Shown one piece after another: positions 56,651 through 64,000 of a DNA stretch of 64,000 nt. Below the pieces are notes generated by a model. It ran no database searches. It saw only the letters and a list, made by a program, of their open reading frames with translations, and had not been told where the DNA came from. Position 1 is the stretch's first letter, and every line of letters begins with the position of its first letter. Both the position numbers and the translations under genes were made by a program. The DNA comes from an uncultured Lentisphaerales bacterium (lineage in GTDB: Bacteria > Verrucomicrobiota > Lentisphaeria > JABSQK01 > UBA12247). The stretch covers positions 192,001 through 256,000 of the forward strand of contig CALSSJ010000010.1 in assembly GCA_943788985.1 (NCBI GenBank), read 5' to 3'.

Positions 56651-57836
56651 CTACACCTCTTCTCTGCCCAATTCGTTCAAATGCTCGCACAATCGGTCAA
56701 TCCTGGCCGGGTCCAGGCCAGGATAGTTCCCGATATAAAAACCAAAACTGTGGACATGCTCGACGTTCGGGAAATCCTCTGGTCTTGTGTCCGGGCACGC
56801 GCGCCGCACGAATGGCTGACGCACTTGATTGCCACCCCCGGACATCCCGCGCCGAAATTCGACGCCAAGATCGTTCAGGCAAGTGATCACTCGTTGCAGT
56901 AGGGCCTCGTCTGGTTGTTTCAGCAGCAGAGTAAGGGCGTAGTTGCAGCTGCCCTCCGCGGCAAAGTCCGTCACATAAAAATCGCTGGACAGGCTGGCCA
57001 GAAAGCGCGCTAGATTGTCCCGACGGGTCTGGTTATTCTCGTCCAGCCTCTTTAACTGCGAGCGGCCTAGCACGCCACAGAGCTCGTTGCTCCGCACGTT
57101 TACGCCAGCGTATGAAAAAATAAACTCGGGATGAAGGTCTGGGTACTCCGCGGCCCCAGCGCGAGCGAATCTCGGGGTCCGTCGCCTCACGCACCATTCC
57201 ATGGGAGCGTAGCATGCGCAACATCTGGTAGAGGTCCACATCATCCGTGCCGACGAAGCCGCCCTCAATCGTGCTCATGTGATGCGCAAAATAGAAGGAA
57301 AAGTTACTGGCCCAACCATGCGCTCCCACCTTACGGCCAGCGAATTCCGCGCCATGAGATTCACAACAATCCTCGATCAGCACCACATCGTTGTCTGCAC
57401 ACAGCTCCAGCAGCTCGTGTGACAGCGCGTTGTAGCCGAGAACGTGGGTCAGGAATACCGCTCGAGTCTCTGGCGTGATCGCTGCCGCGACTGCATCTAC
57501 TGCCATTCCCAGCGTGTGCAGATCGATGTCCACAAATACCGGACGCATGCCCACGTGTAGCACAGATGCGATATCGCTGCTCCAAGTCAGGGTAGGCACG
57601 ATCACCTCTCCGTCGCCGAACTGCTCACGCACGGCCAGCATCGTCAACAGGTTGGCGGATGAGCCAGAATTGACCATCAGCCCGTATTTGCAGCCCACCC
57701 AGGCCGCGAACTCCTGCTCGAACAGGCTGACTTCTTCGCCTTGTGTCAGGCGGGAGTCTGGGTCGGATAAGTGGGCAATCAACGCCAGACGGTCGTCGGC
57801 GGAGATGCAGTTATTCATCAGCGGCCAGTCTGGCAT
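56651..57836 (-). CDS. PLP/PMP-dependent NDP-4-keto-sugar 3-dehydratase (ColD/E1-like); one-base frameshift at 57154-57157
   Basis: VNSGSSANL, EDCCESHGA and SFYFAHHMSTIEGG (His in place of the PLP Lys). Removing one base restores RSRWAAEYPDLHPEFIF. Confidence 0.8.
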
Positions 57837-58882
57837 TAGAACGGTCCCTTAAAGGTTATTTCGCGCAAGTTCGCTCGCTCTTCAGGCGTCCAGCCCACGT
57901 TGCCGCCGTGTACGAGGTCGCAGACATCTCGGGCAATGGTGCGCCCGTTCGGGTAAAATAGCTCTTCCAGGCCCGGTGTCGGCGGGCAAGTAACCGGGGC
58001 ATAGCCCAGGCGCTTTACCCGTACCGGAACGTCTCCCTGGATCCGCTCCAAAACACCCGCTATGATCTCGCTTCCGGCACCGCAGGTCGTCCAAGTGTTG
58101 TCGACCACGCAGAGTGCACCGGTCTTGCGCACGGATGTCTCGATGGTATCAAGATCGAGCGGGGTGAGCCAGATGGGGTCGATGACTTCTGCTGAGATTC
58201 CCTTTTCCTCTAGGTAGGCGGCTGCCCGCAGGCACTCCTCTTGCTGGTGTGAAATCCCGACCAGGGTGACATCATTACCAGGTCGTGTCACCCGAGCCGA
58301 AGGTGCGGGGAGGTTGTCTGTGTCTTCGGGCAGCGGTCCTGTTTGGTAGTATAGTAGCCGATGCTCGACGATAATTACCGGGTCATCGTCACGAATCGCG
58401 GTCAGCAGGCAGGCCATTGCGTCGTACGGTGTCGATGGTGCGCAGACCTTCAAGCCTGGGATGTGCATGAACAGCGGGTAGAGGCCTTGGGAATGTTGTG
58501 CGCCTTGGCCCCAGCTCTTACCAATCATAGCCCGAACCACCATCGGTACATGCAGCTTGCCGCCGTGCATATAACGGGTCTTGGCGGCCACGTTGATCAG
58601 TTGGTTCATCGCCAGCAGCACAAAGTCGATCCGGATGTGCACGTGAATCGGTCGTAGCCCGGAGAGGGCCATCCCGACTGCCGCGCCCGTCATTGCCTCT
58701 TCTGCCAGTGGCGTGCCAAACACGCGCTCGGAACCGAAGCGATCCAGTAATCCGGCCGTTGTGCCCTGAATACACTTTGGGTCATCCACATCCAGGCCGA
58801 AGAGGACTACGCGCGGATCTTGCGCCATTTCCAGCTCTGTCGCAGAGCGGATTGCTTCCACATATGTTGCTTCTTCAGGCAT
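57836..58882 (-). CDS. TPP-dependent 2-oxoacid dehydrogenase E1 beta-like subunit
   Basis: TPLAEE, GLRPI, WGQGAQHSQ and DDPVIIVEHR. Confidence 0.88.
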   Translation of the reverse strand: MPEEATYVEAIRSATELEMAQDPRVVLFGLDVDDPKCIQGTTAGLLDRFGSERVFGTPLAEEAMTGAAVGMALSGLRPIHVHIRIDFVLLAMNQLINVAAKTRYMHGGKLHVPMVVRAMIGKSWGQGAQHSQGLYPLFMHIPGLKVCAPSTPYDAMACLLTAIRDDDPVIIVEHRLLYYQTGPLPEDTDNLPAPSARVTRPGNDVTLVGISHQQEECLRAAAYLEEKGISAEVIDPIWLTPLDLDTIETSVRKTGALCVVDNTWTTCGAGSEIIAGVLERIQGDVPVRVKRLGYAPVTCPPTPGLEELFYPNGRTIARDVCDLVHGGNVGWTPEERANLREITFKGPF

Positions 58883-59825
58883 GAGATTGCTCCCCAAAAA
58901 CGTGGGTGTACAACTCGGCCGGTGCGGGGAATTCTGCGGACGCCGCAAATGCGAAGGCAGCCTGAATCTCCGCTTCCACCTCTTGCTCTATCGCCTCGCG
59001 AGTGGCGACCGCGAGTTTCTCACCTACGACGCGCACTTGGTCATTGTCGAGCCATGGCTGAGCATCCTCAAGATGGCGATAGCCAAGCTGATAGTCCTCG
59101 CTTGGGCCGACGTGTTCCTTCCAGCGGTAGATCGAGCACTCGAAAAAGAACGGGCCCGCGTCGGGATTCTTCTCCAATGCTTCTCTCGCTTCGCGAACGG
59201 CGTCGTAAATCTCGGTCACGTTGTCTGAGAGACGGCGCGTGGTGATTCCGTGTGCCTCGGCATGTCCAGCGATATCCGGGACTGCCTGGCGAAATTTCTG
59301 GTGGGTGTGAATGGCAAAGCCATTGTTCTCGCAGATGAAGAGAACAGGCGCCCGCTTTAGTGCGGCAAAATTGAGCGATTCATGGAAGACGCCTTCATCC
59401 GTCGCGCCGTCGCCGAAGAAGCAGGCGACGGCCACGTCCTTCTTTTGAATCTTTGCCCCGAGGGCATAGCCGACGGCATTGGGCAGTGGGGTCCCGACGA
59501 CAGCCGATGCTCCCATGACGCCCTTGGCCACGTCGACCAAATGCATGGAACCGCCTTTCCCACCGGCGGCACCGGCTGCTTTGCCATACAATTCGGCGAT
59601 CATGCCGGGCAGGTCTCCGCCTTTGGCGAGATATGGCGCGTGGCAACGGTAAGAGGTAAACAGGACGTCTTGCTCGCAAATTGCCTCGCAGACACCAACA
59701 GCGGTTGACTCCTGTCCAATAGATAGATGGACTGGGCTCTTGATGACATCGCTGGGGTAGACCCGGGCGACCTCTTCTTCGACACGTCGAATACGGTAGA
59801 GCGACCGATAAAATCGTTCAAGCAT
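58875..59825 (-). CDS. TPP-dependent 2-oxoacid dehydrogenase E1 alpha-like subunit
   Basis: HLSIGQE, GKGGSMH, FFGDGA...ENN TPP motif and YRWKEHVGP. Confidence 0.88.
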   Translation of the reverse strand: MLERFYRSLYRIRRVEEEVARVYPSDVIKSPVHLSIGQESTAVGVCEAICEQDVLFTSYRCHAPYLAKGGDLPGMIAELYGKAAGAAGGKGGSMHLVDVAKGVMGASAVVGTPLPNAVGYALGAKIQKKDVAVACFFGDGATDEGVFHESLNFAALKRAPVLFICENNGFAIHTHQKFRQAVPDIAGHAEAHGITTRRLSDNVTEIYDAVREAREALEKNPDAGPFFFECSIYRWKEHVGPSEDYQLGYRHLEDAQPWLDNDQVRVVGEKLAVATREAIEQEVEAEIQAAFAFAASAEFPAPAELYTHVFGEQSHA

Positions 59826-59949
59826 GCAGCAACTTCCAGGGTAAGATCGAAGCGTGCAATATACGCCCGCCCCTACGCTTCTGCGAATGTAACCGCCGAT
59901 CGGCCATGGTGCCGCTAGCAGCTGTCATGGCCAGAGAGAAGGACCGGCC

Positions 59950-60378
59950 TCAGTTCCCCTGCTTCTTGGTCGTCTGGTCTACGTCTCCCTTGTGCTCATT
60001 CCCACCCGGCGATTTGTCTGAGCCATGGCTGATCACGCTTACACTTGATCCGTTATTGCGCAGCTGGTAGTTGTTGTTCCACGGATCCTTCAGGTCCGTG
60101 CCTTCAGCCAGATAGGGGCCGCGCCAGCCCTGACCGGTGCTACGCATCAGATCTTCCAGTGAGCCTGGGTATTTGCCGGTGTCCAAATAGAAGCTTTCCA
60201 CCGCCTGGTAGATGATCTTGCACTCATTGCGCGCTACATCCCATTTGGCCCATTCCATCTTGGCGGCAATATTCGGCGCGATAATGCCGATCACCAAGCC
60301 CATGATAACAATCACAACCATCAGCTCAATCAATGAGAACTGGCGGCGCTGGATTTTCTTTACAGTGACGGAATTCAT
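59950..60378 (-). CDS. gspG: Type II secretion major pseudopilin GspG-like
   Basis: RRQ/FSLIELMVVIVI N-methylation site, FYLDTGKYP, WRGPYL and DPWNNNY. Confidence 0.82.
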   Translation of the reverse strand: MNSVTVKKIQRRQFSLIELMVVIVIMGLVIGIIAPNIAAKMEWAKWDVARNECKIIYQAVESFYLDTGKYPGSLEDLMRSTGQGWRGPYLAEGTDLKDPWNNNYQLRNNGSSVSVISHGSDKSPGGNEHKGDVDQTTKKQGN

Positions 60379-60427
60379 GCTATTGCTCCATACGAGGTTC
60401 TTCGTTCTGATTACGGTACGCAGCAAA

Positions 60428-61234
60428 ATGAAAAATTTAACTGCTTTTTTGTGCAGGAATCGATTTCGAGTCGCTGGGTGGACCCGTGGGCAGGTTCACC
60501 TCTATCAATCCCTAGTCCTTCTCCTCGTCATTGGACAGTGTATCTGGACTCGCGGCGAATGGCTATCGGTGTCGGCTGGAATCGCGCAACTCGTGGTCGC
60601 GGCCGCCCTGCCTTGGATCGGTTTTCGGGGGATCTGGCTGCCCGCCAGCGGCTGGTATATCTGGATGTGGTTTGGGCCGTCCGGGTTATTGCTGGCTGCG
60701 TTGGTCGCACTGCGCATGGGGCCGGCCCTGTGGGGTGCGCTTGCGGTCTGCGCACTCTACGCCGTTGCGAACCTCGCAATGCCAGCTGCTGCATTGTTGC
60801 CTGTGCTGCTGGCATTTGAACCACGCTGGCTTCGCGGCGACAGCGATGCACTCGTGGTCTACTATGACGGAGAGTGCGGGATCTGTAATCGACTGGTGCG
60901 CTTCCTGATCTGCGAAGATCGCAATTTACGCCTCCGCTATGCGCCGCTCGGCGGGGAAACGTTTCGGCAGCGCTTTCCGGACGATACGCCGGACATGGAT
61001 GCCCTTGTCGTCGCCGCAGCCGTCGGGGATCCGCGCACCGCGAGCGACGCGGCGTTGCGTGTCGGGAGCGCCCTAGGCGGGATATGGTGCTTGCTCTCAT
61101 TGTGCGGGGCGTTGATTCCGCGACCGGTCCGGAACCGTGCGTACTTCGCCATCGCCCGTCGCCGCCTGCACCTATCTCGGGCGCTGGGTTGCCCACTGCC
61201 CACCGCGGCCCAGGCAGAGCGTCTGTTGCCCTGA
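60428..61234 (+). CDS. Membrane protein with a DCC-family (DUF393) thiol-disulfide oxidoreductase domain
   Basis: N-terminal TMs, then YYDGECGICNR and RNRAYFAIARRR. Confidence 0.75.
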   Translation: MKNLTAFLCRNRFRVAGWTRGQVHLYQSLVLLLVIGQCIWTRGEWLSVSAGIAQLVVAAALPWIGFRGIWLPASGWYIWMWFGPSGLLLAALVALRMGPALWGALAVCALYAVANLAMPAAALLPVLLAFEPRWLRGDSDALVVYYDGECGICNRLVRFLICEDRNLRLRYAPLGGETFRQRFPDDTPDMDALVVAAAVGDPRTASDAALRVGSALGGIWCLLSLCGALIPRPVRNRAYFAIARRRLHLSRALGCPLPTAAQAERLLP

Positions 61235-61273
61235 GCGGCTTGCCAGAGATACGCTGGACGATATTCTGCCGCG

Positions 61274-62226
61274 ATGCCTGCAAAGAAAGTTACCAGCTAC
61301 GTGTGCGAATTGACCGCCGGCCAGGTCCGCGAGTTTCAAGCAAGCCCTTGCCTTGGTCAGCTGGGAATTCGACGAACTGCAACATGCCCGCTGGCGTGCG
61401 CGGAAGGGCAAAACAACCATCGTGGCCTACGAGTCTGGTAAGCTGGTCGTCCAGGGCAGAGGTACTGTGGAAGTGGTCGAGTTTATTCTCGAGCCGCAGA
61501 TCCTGGGGGAGGCACGAATGGGCAATGAGGTGCTCTACGCGCAGCAAGAAAAGCCCGATATGTTTCAGGCTCACGCGGGCATAGATGAAAGCGGGAAGGG
61601 CGACTATTTCGGCCCGCTTGTGGTCTCTGCGGTCTATGTCACCGAGGAATCTGCCGCCAAACTATTCGCGGCTGGCGTGCAGGACTCCAAAGCGATCAAG
61701 AGCGACCGCAAGATTCGTGAGCTCTCGGCCACGATTCGAGAGGTCGTCGGGCGCGATTTTACCGTCGTCACGCTGGGCCCTTGTGCCTACAACAAAGCCT
61801 ACGACAAGATCGGCAATCTCAATCGCTTGCTTGCCTGGGGGCATGCCCGGACCTTGGAAAATCTGCTTGAGCGCCAACCCCGCCTGCCGTCGCGTGTTGG
61901 CCGACAAGTTTGCCGATGAGCGGGTCATGCGAGGAGCGCTGATGGAGCGCGGGCGCGCTATTGCTTTTGAGGCCCGCACCAAGGCCGAGGACGACATCGC
62001 CGTAGCCGCGGCCAGTATCCTGGCCCGAGAGGGCTTTATTCGGCGACTGGCCGAGTTGGAGGACCAGGCCGGGCTTCGCCTGCCACGAGGTGCCTCGGCC
62101 GTGATTAGGCCCGCCGCTGCTGTGATCGGAAAGGTCGGCCTCGAAGGGCTTGCGGAGTTCGCAAAGCTCCATTTTAAGACGACAGATCGCGCGATTGCGA
62201 TGGCAAAGTCAAATGCAACAGAGTAG
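61274..62226 (+). CDS. rnhC: Ribonuclease HIII (two one-base frameshifts, at 61334-61336 and 61878-61881)
   Basis: TBP-like N-domain (AYESGKLVVQG), GIDESGKGDYFGPLVV, DSK, ADKF and VAAASILAR..KLHFKT. Confidence 0.88.
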
Positions 62227-62266
62227 CTTGCTTTCTGCTAGCTGAGCATACCGAGGGAAGCCATTC

Positions 62267-63711
62267 GTGTCTAAAACATCACTGAGCAAATGTCTGAGCG
62301 GCACCGAGTCGCTGGTGATCGATAGCCAGACCATGTCCGTGCACGAGTCGCTGCTTTCGGAGGTGCTGCGGGAAAGCAACGACCAGGTACCACAAGACTT
62401 GAAGCGTGAAGAACTCTCTGCTGTGGACGAGGAAGAGTATTACTGGAAGGTCATGGACCGCGGCGAGGGCGAAGAGCGCTACCGCGAGGAGCGCGAGATT
62501 GGCGCTGGCGGCATGGGTACTGTGAATCTTGTATTCGACGCCGACTTTTTGCGGTATTCCGCGATGAAGGTCATTCTCCCGGAGATCAAGTGCAAGCCAG
62601 AGGCACTCGCCGGCTTCATCCGCGAAGCTCGCATTACGGCGGAACTAGAACATCCCAACATTATCCCCGTGCATGACATGGGCTATGCGCCGGACCGGGG
62701 CATGTACTTCACCATGAAGCATGCTACTGGCGAGCCGCTCGTGCAGATTCTACGGCAAATCGAGCTGGGGAATCCACGCTATCGCGAGAAGTATAATTTT
62801 CTTTGCCTTGCTCGCGATCTTTTCGTAAAGTTTGTGACGCTGTCGCCTATGCCCATTCGCGCAACGTGATTCATCGCGACATCAAACCGCACAACATCAT
62901 GGTGGGTGACTACGGCGAAGTCCTGCTGATGGACTGGGGCCTGGCGAAATACATTGATGCCGACGCGCACGTTCCCGCTCCAATTTCCTACGCCAGGCGG
63001 AATGTGCTGGACGCGACAGCGACTGGCTTTGGCATGATTAAGGGCTCTCCCGCCTACATGTCCCCGGAGCAAGCCAGCGGAGAGCCGGATATTCTCGATC
63101 GGCGCAGTGATATTTTTCTCCTTGGCGCAACCCTATATCACATTTTTACGCTCTACCCGCCCTATTTGGCGGACGACATTATGGAGATCGTCAGCAAAGC
63201 GCGTCGGGCGGAGTTCACCCCACCGGCTTCTACGCGAACTGGCTGGATGGAGTTGCCTGAAGAGCTGTCGCAGATCATTGAAGAGGCGATGGCTGCTGAC
63301 CCCAACGAACGCTATGAGGACGTCGAGTCCTTGAGCGGAGATCTGGACTCGCTGATTCGGGGGGACATGCATTTTGGCAGTCGGACCTTCGAGCCGGGAG
63401 ACGTGATGATTCAGGAAGGCGACATCGGCTACGATTGTTACGTGATCATTGCGGGTAAGGTTGCGGTCTTGCGCGGAGGCAGCGAGATCGCAATGCTGGG
63501 GCCGGGAGACATCGTCGGCGAAATGGCGCTCATTACCCACGAGTTTCGATCGGCCACAGTCAAAGCGGTAGAGCGCACCCAGGCTTATGTGCTTACTCAG
63601 GATTTGTTCACCCGTAACCTGAAGAAGTTGCCCTCTTGGATGGCCCAAATGATTGTCACCCTCGCGGAGCGTTTACGCGAGTGCAATTCGCGCATCGCTG
63701 AGCACGAATAG
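62267..63711 (+). CDS. Hanks-type Ser/Thr kinase with a C-terminal cNMP-binding domain (frameshifted at the T runs 62797-62800 and 62820-62823)
   Basis: GAGGMG, AMK, HPNI, HRDIKPHN, DWGLA and GSPAYMSPEQ; cNMP domain GEMAL..RSATV. Confidence 0.87.
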
Positions 63712-63712
63712 C

Positions 63713-64000
63713 GTGGGCTCGTCCTCGGGCGAAGTGGTCTTGGGTATCGATATCGGTGGCACGAAATGCGCGGTCGTGCTCGGCACGCCAACCGGTAAGA
63801 TTCAGCAGCGCATTGAATGGCCGTCCGCGGCGCATCGCGGCCCGGCTGCGATGATCGCAGAAGCAGTGACGCACGCCCGTTCTATGCTCCCGGCGGTAGC
63901 CTGCGGCGTAGCAGTCGGCGGTCCCCTAAACGTGCGGGATGGCGTTGTGCTGTCCCCGCCGCATCTGCCTCGCTGGGATCAAGTGGCGTTGCGCGCGCAG
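63713..64000 (+). CDS. ROK-family sugar kinase, 5' part (truncated by the window end)
   Basis: GTG start 1 nt after the kinase stop; VLGIDIGGTK and GVAVGGPL..SPPHLPRW; frame open to the end. Confidence 0.8.
   Translation, partial: MGSSSGEVVLGIDIGGTKCAVVLGTPTGKIQQRIEWPSAAHRGPAAMIAEAVTHARSMLPAVACGVAVGGPLNVRDGVVLSPPHLPRWDQVALRAQ

Noticed and set aside
57836..59825. Pyruvate or acetoin dehydrogenase complex
   Set aside because: There are no E2/E3 genes, and the pair is translationally coupled to sugar-modifying enzymes.
59849..59881. GAAGCGT/ACGCTTC inverted repeat upstream of the sugar operon
   Set aside because: The 7-bp arms with a 19-nt spacer could arise by chance, and I saw no second copy.

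Overview
Core-genome-like, GC-rich bacterial window. The gene content (RNase HIII, sulfatase, PQQ-type propeller, Gly-less prepilin motif, Hanks kinase) suggests a PVC-superphylum organism, possibly Lentisphaerota; this is an inference. 1-7.4 kb is a partly decaying block: a REC/PAS pseudogene, a TMTC-like GT-C/TPR protein, two divergent lipid-anchored diheme c4 cytochromes, a broken ferrochelatase, a GntR/LacI regulator and an SRPBCC-GyrI pseudogene. Next come DnaJ-TPR, xerD, a sulfatase, a TonB receptor and TesA. 14.4-27.7 kb is one tightly coupled minus-strand respiratory operon, ctaB-actABCDE-nqrM-like-nqrABCDEF: alternative complex III without actF or oxidase genes, running directly into Na+-NQR. 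The middle holds wzm, glycerate kinase, tRNA-Thr(CGU), GH20, a Cys/His-rich secreted coiled-coil protein, a TPR-metallopeptidase, an lptD cluster and gyrBA. 49.7-59.8 kb is a nucleotide-sugar cluster: HddA/HddC, a Cj1427-like C4 dehydrogenase, a His-type PLP 3-dehydratase, a TPP E1 alpha/beta pair, a B12 radical SAM enzyme, a GtrB-like GT2 and a convergent polytopic membrane protein. It is predicted to make a branched, deoxy, possibly methylated heptose. The window ends with gspG, a DCC protein, rnhC, a kinase-cNMP fusion and a partial ROK kinase. Several single-base homopolymer frameshifts look like long-read consensus errors. I saw no CRISPR array, prophage or IS element.
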